DNA from: Epiperipatus broadwayi
Taxonomy: Eukaryota; Animalia; Onychophora
Direction of reading: 5' to 3'
Length of the DNA stretch: 64,000 nt
Assembly (NCBI GenBank): GCA_028023455.1
Contig: JAQFVV010000010.1
Span: 10,478,001 to 10,542,000, forward strand
How positions within the stretch are numbered: position 1 is the first letter of the stretch; each line of letters starts with the position of its first letter. Below, piece by piece: positions 1-12,156 of the stretch. Position numbers and translations under genes: made by a program. The notes beneath the pieces were generated by a model that was given only the letters and a program-made list of their open reading frames with translations, ran no database searches and had not been told where the DNA came from.

Positions 1-876
1 AAGACATCTCTGAAAGTATGGCCAAGTAAACATCTTCATTCTTGTGTAGACGTTGCCACATAAATTCTGAAAGGTAGTTGGACAGAACTTGCCGGTGAGT
101 TCCACGTTTTTTTATTTTTCCATTTTAAAAGTCCCCAAAGTCGCTCGATAGTCTGAGTGTGAGCGCCTGTGGAAGGGTCCACAAAATTGTAGGTGTGATT
201 AACTGTCATATGATGGAACCCTGACACCTCAAGATCTGCAGTCTTATAACCTTTCCAACAGTCTGAAAAGATAGTCGATCCGACCTTGATGTTGTCTTTC
301 AGCGCTTGTAAAAGTGTTGCTGCAGATCGGCAAGGAATACATTTCAGAAAACATTCATGTATCTCGCGGTATACACCTCCCAAGATCCACTGTTGAGGTA
401 GTATTCTTCCTTGATGATTTTTTTGTCCTACTAAACAGAGTTTCATCAACTTCAACTGTCAGACCGGGCCCGCCAATTTGACAGCAGGCTCGCGCTGACA
501 GACTCTCAGCACACAGCTCTCGCAGGCCGTTTGTCCAATGTAAAATGGCACATCGTCCGATACTCAGTTCTGTCTGAACGGCTTGAATAGTCAGTTGTTC
601 GCGGCTCCAGTAATATATAAGCCGTAAAGCTTGAACAAACGGAATTCTGGAGCCGTCGAACCAAGTATGCTTTCGAATGGAACACGTTCGTCTGCATGAA
701 CACAACGGACAGCGAAATTGAGCCACTCCTTTATAAAAAAATATCTTCATGTCAAGCCCACAATTACATTTTTTCGAATGTGGAAGCACATTCATTGCTT
801 GCAAATAGGATACAGCATTAGATTCTGTTGTTGGTAAATCAGCAAATCTAACAACATGTGTGATTTCCTGCGCCAT
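1..876 (-). pseudogene. Merlin/IS1595-family DDE transposase with two +1 frameshifts
   Basis: N-terminal Cys-rich region (CNC...CPLCSCRRTCSIRKHTWFDGS), catalytic motifs VEVDET, IFSDCWKGY and HTQTIERLW, plus TVNHTYNFVDPSTGAH. The frame breaks at T7 runs 418-424 and 107-113. Confidence 0.9.
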
Positions 877-1268
877 ATTGTTTATTTCTTGGAATGTTAC
901 GAATAGTATGTTACTTTACGGGTTACCGAATTGCAACTCACTAAAAACATAGATCTTTAACATTTTCACAATTAAACTTAAATACAGTATGTTTTAGAAA
1001 TTCTTAGAATTATTACTTTACAAAATCTGAACATTTTAATTCTTTAAAATAAAAAAAAATTCAATGAAAACAACATTTCCATCAGATTCAAATACAAACT
1101 CTCTCATCAAGTCGTAACTGTTCTATAAATTGTGCGAATTCGCAAAATATATTTGCTTCCATGCAACATACATGCTGTACTGCGATGCGACATAGCGGCC
1201 TGCATCCTGTAGCACAACAAAAAAGTTGTACTATTGAAAACGCGGGTTCGAACGTGTCGGCCAGTGCC
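1..1268 (-). mobile_element. Merlin (IS1595/ISXO2-like) DNA transposon, family 1; other end lies outside the window
   Basis: DDE_IS1595-type transposase remnant at 1-876. The putative terminus reads GGCACTGGCCGACACG on the minus strand, ending at 1268, and matches the GG start typical of Merlin TIRs. The second TIR is not visible, so the boundary is inferred. Confidence 0.8.
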
Positions 1269-1834
1269 TTTAGCTATAAGATGAGTACCATATTTTTTTT
1301 AAACTAATTTAAGTGTTATATTATAGATATGTAATTTTATATGTTTTAGGTAATATATATAAAAAAGCTATAAAAATATTACAGGTTACATAAGAAGTAT
1401 TTGAAATAGCTCAATTTTAAAATTAAATACATTTAATGCTGAGTGTTTAAACACATGATATATAAATATACAATTAATATTTCAAAAAATCAGATTTGAA
1501 TTAATTTATTTAATTTTTTTTTTTGTTTTATAGTTTTTAATATGTTTAAATAATTTGTTTTGTATGTTTAAATTTTATTATGATATGGTTTTGATATATA
1601 TTGTATAATTTACGGTTGTGAAGAAAATTGCTGAATAATTGATACTATCATTTATTTTTGGAAGTTTGTAATAATAAAATATTGTATTTAAACAGGGTAA
1701 AGTATATAGAAAAGTGTGTTAATATTATTTGTTAAATTGCATGTCTATCTATTATGAGTATTTTTATTTTTGGACTAATATTTCTTTTTAATATAATTTC
1801 TTTTATTATCATTATTATTGCTGTTTTTATTAAG

Positions 1835-1920
1835 GATTTATACTATCCAGAAAGAACTTCTGAAAATGGTGAAGAAATTCGCCTTGCCTACTGCCTTCAT
1901 ATTTTGAACCATGTCCTGAA
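1835..1920 (+). CDS. UTP25: UTP25/DIEXF coding exon (first in window)
   Basis: ag|...|gtaagt; [29 protein letters not shown] matches the recalled human DIEXF [30 protein letters not shown]. Confidence 0.93.
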
Positions 1921-3241
1921 GTAAGTTACATGCATGAATCATTGAACTATGTTCATTTAGAAGTATAATATTTTTATTTTAAAAAACATTTATCAAAGTT
2001 ACAGTGCATGAATTGGGAGAAATATGCATGGATTAACATTTGATTATTAATTGATCCACAATCAGAACCTATAAAGAATTAAAAGAAAATAAATCTCTGC
2101 TACATTGTTTTATATAATCTTAAGAAATTACGTACTTTTATGAAAATATCCATATTATAAATGTCATTAATTAATTTCATACAGATTTTATAAATGTTGA
2201 TATATGCTTTTTAGGTAAAAATAATGTTCTATTTTAATTACATATTCCAATCAGTTCAAATTTTAATTAAGCTCTTGTTAATTCTTCTCTCTAAAATGTA
2301 TGCCATATATATGATTACATGGCACATTTGGAAAGACTTTTTTTAAAGTGATTTATATGGTATAACTTACATGAAAAATGTCTCATAAATTATGAATAGA
2401 TCTTAATATTAACTCTTCGCATTAGCTTTTAACTTAGTACTAAAATGTGAATTAAATTGTCTTAAGATAACAGATAATGGGAACTAACCAATATACTATT
2501 GTGATCAAACAATACTGCTTGATTTTCATCACTGTGACTTTGCCATAGCTTGATATCCTTTAGTCTTTTGCATCATTATGGTTGCATTTTTAATAATAGT
2601 TTTTCTAAACTTTAGAAAGCGTACTTTAGTTAAGGTTCTTTTTATTTTTGATTTGCATTTCATAATTGAAATTTGTAGCATATATATGAATGAATGTGAA
2701 TTTTTCAATAACTTGTTTTAGAAATATAAATATTAATTTTTTTATTGTGACAAGCGTCATTAGCATAATTGTATAGTAGCAGACTCAAGATCTAAAGGAA
2801 AGTTAAAAAAAGTGTCGGGTTAGTCATTTGAATGCAACTTACACACATTCGGTGATGTGAGTACTGTTACGTTGTAGCTTTATATATTTTTGCTAAATAT
2901 AACTCTTTCATATGAATATTAATGCTGTTAGAAAATGTTGTCAAAGTTTTAATCAGATTTATTCATAAAAATATTAAATAACTTTCTTTTTCTTAATCGG
3001 ATGTAATTATTTTTATGGTATGATTGTTTAAATATAATCGTATATTAAATTGTTTCAGTTTTAGTTTTAGAATTGTAAATTAATCCCAAAATCAGGAATT
3101 TTGAAATAAAAAATATTAATTTGTTTTAAATAAGATCAAATTTATAATCTTTCAATAAGCATTACATAAAGTTAATTTTTGTCAAATATAGCAAAAGTTA
3201 TATTCTCTTGCCTTTAGATAAGTATGACTTTGTTAATTTTT

Positions 3242-5275
3242 TATTTGTTTGCCATTATATCATTGTCTAAATTAACTTTTAAACTTGATGCAACTTAATA
3301 GGATTGTCTGAATGAAATTTTCATTTACCAAGCCTCACTTTGAAGGGCCATATGTAATGGAATTGACCAATGTTTAGTTTGTAATACTGCCCCAGTCACA
3401 AGTAATCAGGAAATATTTGACTTGACTGGACAACCATATCTTTCAATACCATCTCTAATGTTTGGCCTTTATGTGATGTGATGATGATAGATTTGTGTAT
3501 TAATGAACACCAGCTATAATAAACATTATAGTAACCCAATCATTATGTAACAAATCAAATCCCTTCAATATCTGCTAGTTCCCATTATAATAGCTCTTAT
3601 CCCCTTAGTTTACATATACCTAATTACTATTGGAAATCACACACAGCTAAAGTTATAATTTATATTACAGTATTAGATATATTTTTGAATGCCGTATAGA
3701 ATAAAGGAGAAAGACATTTACTAATACTAAATTTTAATAAAATGAATAATTTCATAAAATAATTTTTTTTAAAATATAAATTCAGTTTAAACCTCAAATA
3801 AATAAGACTTTTTTTAGCTAGACAATAGATAAATTATTGCTTATATATTTCACTCTTGATAATTTTTCTTCTTGTTATTTATCCATTGACTGACATATAA
3901 AATAAAATAAAAATTATATAACAAAAAAAAATCTATACTCATGCTATGCTTATGCATGAAAATGAAGATATATGTCAACATATTACTTAGGTATATAAAA
4001 ATGAATTTCTTTGAATACAAATAATTAATAAGATGTATAAAAATGTTAACTTCTTATATTCTTGAGCATTAATTACAAAAACAAATAAAAACTTACATAC
4101 TATTATATATTTATCAGTTTTATGTGCATATATATGGCTGAATTATACTTAAGCTAGTAATGATCAAAGTCTGGGAATTAATATTCTTTCCTTTGTGCAT
4201 GTGGGGGGTATCAGGCTTCTGTCATTTCTCTACATCTTGAAGATATTAGTATCTTGTTGAGTTGCTTTTAAATTTCTTTACTACAATTAGTTTTTTATTC
4301 TCTCTATACTTTAACTTCCAATAAAAATATAGAAATAGAGGCATTTAACTGTAGGCAGTTATCATCGTGGTATTGAATATTAAAGTATTTATTTTAAAGG
4401 TTCGATTTATTTTTCCAGCAGATTCTTTTAAAATATTCTCATTTCCAGCAGACTTTTCACACACAGAGATCTCTTGTGGCTTCTATGGTAGTTTTACATT
4501 TTTAGGTAAGAATTGTGATTGCTGACACTTAAAATGGTAATTTAAATCTTCATTATTAAAGCTAGTATCAAATAGTGAATATTTTTCATCTTTTTATACT
4601 GTAATCAAACTGCTTATTCACTAGAAATTTTTAATAAGGTCATTAATACTTCATTAGTCATTGAAATCACTTTTTGAAATGATTTGTATAAAGATCTCAC
4701 ACAAAGTTTGTTCAGCAATTACTACTATCTCATCTAAACATATCAGCTAAAAAAGAGAAAATGAAAATAACCCTATTTATATCCAATCAATCCATGATGA
4801 AAGCAGATCAAACAGATAACAAAAATACCTTTGATTTTTTTGTCCTTTTTAATTGTTGATAAAAAATCTTTCTTTCACAAAAAATATAAGCAAGCTAATA
4901 CCCAAAACTATTCATAATTAATTATATTTATTTGTTTGTACAAAAGAGAAATTTAATATAAAGCTGAAAAAAGAAAAATATTTTATCCCCCTCAAAAAAT
5001 TAAAATGTTATTTACTTTTTTCTATGTTTAACAAACCTCAATACATTATTTATTTTATAATAATAAAGAAACAGCATTTCCTATATTATTTAATTATATA
5101 AATTAAACAACCTTTATTAATCTTTATTTAAGATATCCTTTTTTTTACAAAGAAAATGCCTATTTATTTTAATGAGGTAAAAATTATAGAGTTTGTTTCT
5201 TATTATGTCATTATCTAAATTAACTTTTAAACTTGATGCAACTTATTAGAAATATCTGAATGAAAATTTCATTAT
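3242..5275. repeat. Pair of about 85-bp dispersed direct repeats (about 3242-3325 and 5192-5275)
   Basis: Shared tctaaattaacttttaaacttgatgcaactt...tctgaatgaaa. Confidence 0.7.
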
Positions 5276-5727
5276 GTTTCAACTTAGTTGATCACAGTAC
5301 TCTATTGCTGTGAAAAGTTGTTTTATTTTTTAAATAATATTTCATTTCCTAACATGTTAAGCAAAATAAATAAATAAAGCATTATTTAAATGATTAAAAA
5401 AAACTGATTTTGTATTGCATAAAGAATTTAACAGTAAAAAAAATGTGAACAATTGATTAAAATACAACATTATTGGTAAATTTAATTAAAAAGTTAAATT
5501 TATATGTTAGTAAAGTCAAATATATTCAAATTCAGAACTAAAATATCTTATTTAAAGGTGAAGAACAAATAAATGACAATTTCTTGAATATAATTTGTAT
5601 AAAACATCTAGCAATTTTTCTAATATATCAACTTATAAGTGCAAAATGTTGTTATCTACATCATTTCACAAACTAACTGTTAAAAAAAAAGTCTTGAAAG
5701 TGTAATCAATTTCCATACAATTAATTA

Positions 5728-8700
5728 TGTAAGATTTAATATGCTTGACGTATATAGTGAAATTAAATTCATAAAAATTACACTAATATTTCTTAAGGCT
5801 AAGCGCTTTCAGAGCATTCAACTCCATATTCATAGCCTCTAAACCTAATAATTTATGCAAATCTATGCAAGCTCATTTATATTGTCCATCTCTTTGATAT
5901 AGAAAAGCATGTATCCTTCCTGTTTATTGCCTTCAAGTCTCTTGCTATATACCATGCTTCTTTCACCTTCCTTTTGATGTCATTTCTTTCAGTGGAAATT
6001 ATTTTAGCACATGCAGGTTCAAATTCATGATTAGCCTCTTTTTGGTGGTCCACAAATACTGATCTGCCTTCATTTCTGCTTAATACTCTTTTGTATAAGT
6101 ATTTGTGTTGAGCTACTCTATTGTTTATAGTGGCCCGAGTCTTACCATAGTATACTGCTCCACAGTTAGCCTGAGGGCATATCATCTTGTACACCACATG
6201 TGGTATTGATTGTATGTCAATCTTATCCTTAGAATTGTTAATAATTCTATTAGTGTTAGGAGGGGTTCAAAAACCTACTGTGAATTCATTCTGTAATTTT
6301 TTGACTAGTTCTTTTGCAATATTAGGTATGTATGGCAGACATATATGTTGTTTTTTGTCCTTTCTTGGTTTAGTTATGTTTTCATAACATGTTTTGATTC
6401 TTTTATTGATGGTTACTAAATCATAACCAACCTTCATTAGATCACTAATATCCTGGTTAATATTTATTCTTCTTTCCTCTTCATATTTGCATAAATGGTA
6501 ATTCCTGAACAAAAAGGCAGAAAGCCCTGCCAATTTGTGGGCTTTAGGAGTTTTGGAGTTAGTATGGATGTATCCTCTAATGTTTAATGGTTTTACTTCC
6601 ATATTGTAATTAAAACATCTGTGCATTCTCTTTATTATTAAGTCCAAGTAATTAATTGTATTCAACTCATTCTCTTCAGTGCAATTAAGTATCAAGTTGG
6701 TATGCGCCTGCATTTCATCCAGAATGGCTGTTATTATTAGTTTAGGTGCTGCGATGAATATATCATCTACATACCTACAATAAATTATTCCATTTATTTC
6801 TTCTTGGAACTTCGATATAATCTGTTTTTCAAAATAACTGATAACAATACTAAATACAATGCCACTCATGGGCAGTCCCATGGGCCATCCATTATTCATC
6901 CTATACCATTTATATTCAAATGTCGCAAGTATATTCTCGTCTAACCATTCCATAAAATCAATGATAAATTCTATCTTTTGTTGATTATTTTGAAGCTCTT
7001 TTTTAATTATCCTAATTGAACCTTTTCTGTTTATCGATCCATAGAGTTCAGATATATCTATGGCAGCTATTTTAAAACTGTCCTCAAAGGCTGCATCTTT
7101 GATTAAATCAACAAACTCAAACGAAAATTTTATAGTATATTTGCCAAATCCTATTAAGTCTATTAACCATGAATTTATTAATTTTGCTGTGTTTGCATAA
7201 TATACGCCTCCAAAGTCAAGCATTAGTCTTAATAGAGTTCCTTGCTTGTGCATTTTGGCATTTATATTCTATTATATTCAGCTTGATTGATCCCTTTATT
7301 TTTATGCTTGCGTAGGACCAAAGAAATAAACTTTTCTCTGTTCATTCTATTGTTAAATTCAGCTGTTAACTCAAAGCCTAGTTTTTGAATTTGTATTCTC
7401 ATCTTTTCTTTATATTCTTCTTCATCCATTATTACAAAACGATTGCCTTTGTCCTCTTTAATACAAATAATTTTATTTTCATTAAAGAACTTTTTTGCAT
7501 TCTTAACTTTATTGTTCCAGCCATTATTTTCAGTATTCAATTTTTTTTCTCTAATAATCTTATTAATCTCATGAACAACCGTATCTCTCGTCGGATAATT
7601 TATTAGAGCTGCTTCTGTGTCTGCTATTATTTCCATTTTGGGTTGATTCCATCCTTCTCCTACGAATTTAGGTCCAAGATTCAAGATCGATCTAATTTCA
7701 GCCGAATGTCTGACACTAGATAAATTAACATACATGTCTGCTATTCCTATAGTAGTTAAAACAACATTTTGTTTGTTAGCTAAAAACCTCAATTTATTTA
7801 CATATTTCTTCTCTAATCTTTTTTCAATATTATTACATTTATTTACAATCCATTGCGGCTCGGGCATTACTGACATAATCTTAAACAGACGTTTCTTATT
7901 ATTATTTAACGCCTTCCTGCAATTGCTAATAATCCAGCTTAATAATTTATGCTGTAAAATACGAGTGACAACATCAACATTATGTATAGATCTATTTACT
8001 CTAATTCTACAACAATTGGGTATAATATTCGCTTGCTTACAATTTTGCAAAAAACAAACGCGTTGTTGAAAAGTTCTAATTAGCGTGTCTAATTTTAGAC
8101 AAACTCTCTCGTTATAACATATATCCATAATATTGTAATTTCAGATTTTTTTCTTCACTATTAATAATTATGTAAGATTTAATACGCTTGACGTTTATAG
8201 TGAAATTAAATTCATAAAAATTACACTAATATTTCTTAAGGCTAAGCGCTTTCAGAGCATTCAACTCCATATTCATAGCCTCTAAACCTAATAATTTATG
8301 CAAATCTATGCAAGCTCATTTATATTGTCCATCTCTTTGATATAGAAAAGCATGTATCTTTCCTGTTTATTGTCTTCAAGTCTCTTGCTATATACTATGC
8401 TTTTTTCACCTTCCTTTTGATGTCATTTCTTTCAGTGGAAATTATTTTAGCACATGCAGGTTCAAATTCATGATTAGCCTCTTTTTGGTGGTCCACAAAT
8501 ACTGAGCTGCCTTCATTTCTGCTTAATACTCTTTTGTAAAAGTATTTGTGTTGAGCTACTCTATTGTTTATAGTGGCCCGGGTCTCACCATAGTATACTG
8601 CTCCACAGTTAGCCTGAGGGCATATCATCTTGTACACCACATGTGGTATTGATTGTATGCCAATCTTATCCTTAGAATTGTTAATAATTCTATTAGTGTT

Positions 8701-9278
8701 AGGAGTTTGAAAACTTACTGTGAATTCATTCTGTAATTTTTGACTAGTTCTTTTGCAATATTAGGTATGTATGGCAGACATATATATTGTTTTTTTGTCC
8801 TTTCTTGGGTTAGTTATGTTTTCATAAAATGTTTTGATTCTTTTATTGATGGTTACTAAATTATAACCAACCTTCATTAGATCACTAATATACTGGTTAT
8901 TATTTATTCTTCTTTCCTCTTCATATTTGCATAAATGGTAATTCCTGAACAAAAAGGCAGAAAGCCCTGCCAATTTGTGGGCTTTAGGAGTTTTGGAGTT
9001 AGTATAGATGTATCCTCTAATGTTTAATGGTTTTACTTTCATATTATAATTAAAACATCTGTGCATTCTCTTTATTATTAAGTCCAAGTAATTAATTGTA
9101 TTCAACTCATTCTCTTCAGTGCAGTTAAATATCAAATTGGTATGTGCCTGCATTTCACCCAGAATGACTGTTATTATTAGTTTAGGTGCTGCGATGAATA
9201 TGTCATCTACATACCTACAATAAATTATTCCATTTATTTATTCTTGGAACTTCGATATAATCTGTTTTTCAAAATAAC
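5728..9278 (-). mobile_element. Penelope-like retroelement: full ORF copy preceded by a 5'-truncated partial tandem copy (left arm of composite)
   Basis: ORF 8128-5877. The second copy (about 8163-9278) repeats the 3' UTR, GIY-YIG and RT C-terminus, with an internal deletion near 8645. Confidence 0.92.
5877..8128 (-). pseudogene. PLE polyprotein (RT + GIY-YIG endonuclease), Penelope/Poseidon type, two lesions
   Basis: DKG motif (KEDKGNRFVIMD), RT motifs GWPMGLPMSG and YCRYVDDIF, GIY-YIG VYKMICPQANCGAVYYGKT...RVAQH...EAWYI. There is no Neptune-type Cys-rich linker. Lesions: a frameshift or small deletion at about 7255-7265 and an in-frame CGA>TGA at 6267-6269. Confidence 0.92.
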
Positions 9279-11917
9279 CGTATTTGTGGACCACCAAAAA
9301 GAGGCTAATCATGAATTTGAACCTGCATGTGCTAAAATAATTTCCACTGAAAGAAATGACATCAAAAGGAAGGTGAAAGAAGCATGGTATATAGCAAGAG
9401 ACTTGAAGGCAATAAACAGGAAGGATACATGCTTTTCTATATCAAAGAGATGGACAATATAAATGAGCTTGCATAGATTTGCATAAATTATTAGGTTTAG
9501 AGGCTATGAATATGGAGTTGAATGCTCTGAAAGTGCTTAGCCTTAAGAAATATTAGTGTAATTTTTATGAATTTAATTTCACTATAAACGTCAAGCGTAT
9601 TAAATCTTACATAATTATTAACAGTGAAGAAAAAAAATCTGAAATTACAATATTATGGATATACGTTATAACGAGAGAGTTTGTCTAAAATTAGACACGC
9701 TAATTAGAACTTTTCAACGTGTTTGTTTTTTGCAAAATTGTAAGCAAACAAATATTATACCCAATTGTTGTAGAATTAGAGTAAATTGATCTATACAAAA
9801 TATTAATGTTGTCACTCATATTTTACAGTGTAAATTATTAAGCTGGATTATTAGCAATTGCAGGAAGGTGTTAAATAATAATAAGAAACGTCTGTTTAAG
9901 ATTATGTCAGTAACGCCCGAGCCGCAATGGATTGTAAATAAATGTAATAATATTGAAAAAGATTAGAGAAGAAATTTGTAAATAAATTGAAGTTTTTAGC
10001 TAACAAACAAAATACTATAGGAATAGAAGACGTATGTTAATTTATCTAGTGTCAGACCTTCGGCTGAAATTAGATCGATCTTGAATCTTGGACCTAAATT
10101 CGTAGGAGGAGGATGGAATCAACCCAAAATGGAAATAATAGCAGACACAGAAGCAGCTCTAACAAATTATCCGACGAGAGATATGGATGTTCATGAGATT
10201 AATAAGATTATTAGAGATAAGAAATTGAATACTGAAAATAATGGCTGGAACAATAAATTTAAGAATGCAAAAAAGTTCTTTAATGAAAATAAAATTATTT
10301 GTATTAAAGAGGACTAAGGCAATCGTTTTGTAATAATGGATGAAGAAGAATATAAAGAAAAGATGAGAATACAAATTCAAAAATTAGGCTTTGAGTTAAC
10401 AGCTGAATTTAAGAATAGAATGAACAGAGAAAAGTTTATTTCTTTGGTCCTATGCAAGCATAAAAATAAAGGGATCAATCAAGCTGAATATAATAGAATA
10501 TATCCCACGGATGTAATGCACAAGCAAGGAACTCCATTAATACTAATGCTTGACTTTGGAGACGTACATTATGCAAACACAGCAAAATTAATAAATTCAT
10601 GGTTAATAGACTTAATAGGATTTGACAAATATACTATAAAATCTTCGTTTGAGTTTGTTGATTTAATCAAAGATGCAGCCATTGAGGACAGTTTTAAAAT
10701 AGCTGCCATAGATATATCTGAACTCTGGATCGATAAACAGAAAAGGTTCAATTAGGATAATTAAAAAAGAGCTTCAAAATAATCAACAAAAAATAGAATT
10801 TATCATTGATTTTATGGAATGGTTAGACGAGAATATACTTGCGACGTTTGAATATAAATGGTAGAGGATGAATAATGGATGATCCATGGGACTGCCCATG
10901 AGTGGCATTGTATCTAGTATTGTTATCGGTTATTTTGAAAAACAGATTATATCGAAGTTCCAAGAACAAATAAATGGAATAATTTATTGTAGGTATGTAG
11001 ATGACATATTCATCACAGCACCTAAACTAATAATAACAGCCATTCTGGATGAAATGTGAGGCACATACCAACTTGATACTTAACTGCACTGAAGAGAATG
11101 AGTTGAATACAATTAATTACTTGGACTTAATAATAAAAAGAATGCACAGATGTTTTAATTACAATATGAAAGTAAAACCATTAAACATTAGAGGATACAT
11201 CCATACTAACTTCAAAACTTTTAAAGCCCACAAATTGGCAGGGCTTTCTGCCTTTTTGTTCAGGAATTACCATTTATGCAAATATGAAGAGGAAAGAAGA
11301 ATAAATATTAACCAGTATATTAGTGATCTAATGAAGGATGGTTATGATTTAGTAACCATCAATAAAAGAATCAAAACATTTTATGAAAACATAACTAAAC
11401 CAAGAAAGGACAAAAAACAACATATACCTAATATTGCAAAAGAACTAGTCAAAAAATTACAGAATGAATTCACAGTAGGTTTTCGAACCCCTCCTAACAC
11501 TAATAGAATTATTAACAATTCTAAGGATAAGATTGACATACAATCAACACCACAAGATGATATGCCCTCAGGCTAACTGTGGAACAGTATACTATGGTGA
11601 AACCCGGGCCACTATAAACAATAGAGTAGCTCAACACAAATACTTATACAAAAAAGTATTAAGCAGCAATGAAGGCAGCTCAGTATTTGTGGACCACCAA
11701 GGTTACATGCTTTTCTATATCAGACAATATAAATGAGCTTGCATAGATTTGCATAAATTATTAGGTTTAGAGGCTATGAATATGGAGTTGAATGCTCTGA
11801 AAGCGCTTAGCCTTAAGAAATATTAGTGTAATTTTTATGAATTTAATTTCACTATATACGTCAAGCGTATTAAATCTTACATAATTATTAATAGTGAAGA
11901 AAAAAATCTGAAATTAT
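9279..11917 (+). mobile_element. Penelope-like retroelement, inverted copy (right arm) with upstream pseudo-LTR
   Basis: pLTR 9279-9654, ATG at 9655, multiply frameshifted ORF to the stop at 11732, 3' UTR to about 11917; reverse complement of the left arm with scattered substitutions and indels. Confidence 0.92.
11771..11813 (+). ncRNA. Candidate variant type I hammerhead ribozyme in PLE pseudo-LTR (A3:U8)
   Basis: AGGCU-AUGAAUA-U-GGAG(UUGAAUG)CUCU-GAAA-GCGC-UU^AGCCU; stem I AGGCU/AGCCU; palindromic stem III AGCGCU. Also at 9501-9543 (+, GUGC variant), 5796-5838 (-) and 8239-8281 (-). Confidence 0.6.
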
Positions 11918-11930
11918 AATTAATTAGTAA

Positions 11931-12156
11931 AACTCACTATATATATTGCTCCTCACTGACGAAGGCCATAAGCCAGAAACTATTCTGGGGATATTGGATG
12001 AGTAGGCACTAGATGGGGATTTTATGCACAAGCCTTCTGGCATCCATCGAATACTCTAGCTTGCTGTGTGTGGCAATATATATAGTGAGTTTTGCCTGTT
12101 TTAACAACAGTTATACACAAGCATAAGAGGAGATGGTCATGTGATGTTTATTGGCT
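11931..12156 (+). mobile_element. HHR family 1 insertion with short 5' inversion
   Basis: Core 11956-11985 with GUC>UUC. The inverted piece aaaactcactatatatattgc lies at the 5' end. TSD taattaattagtaa at 11917-11930 and 12157-12170. Confidence 0.85.

Noticed and set aside
418-424. Programmed -1 ribosomal frameshift in the Merlin transposase
   Set aside because: Restoring the frame needs +1 (or -2), and a second identical lesion occurs at 107-113.
6187-10751. Antisense ORFs overlapping the PLE copies (6187, 7385, 7734, 10159, 10569)
   Set aside because: Shadow frames of the retroelement ORF with no independent coding signal.
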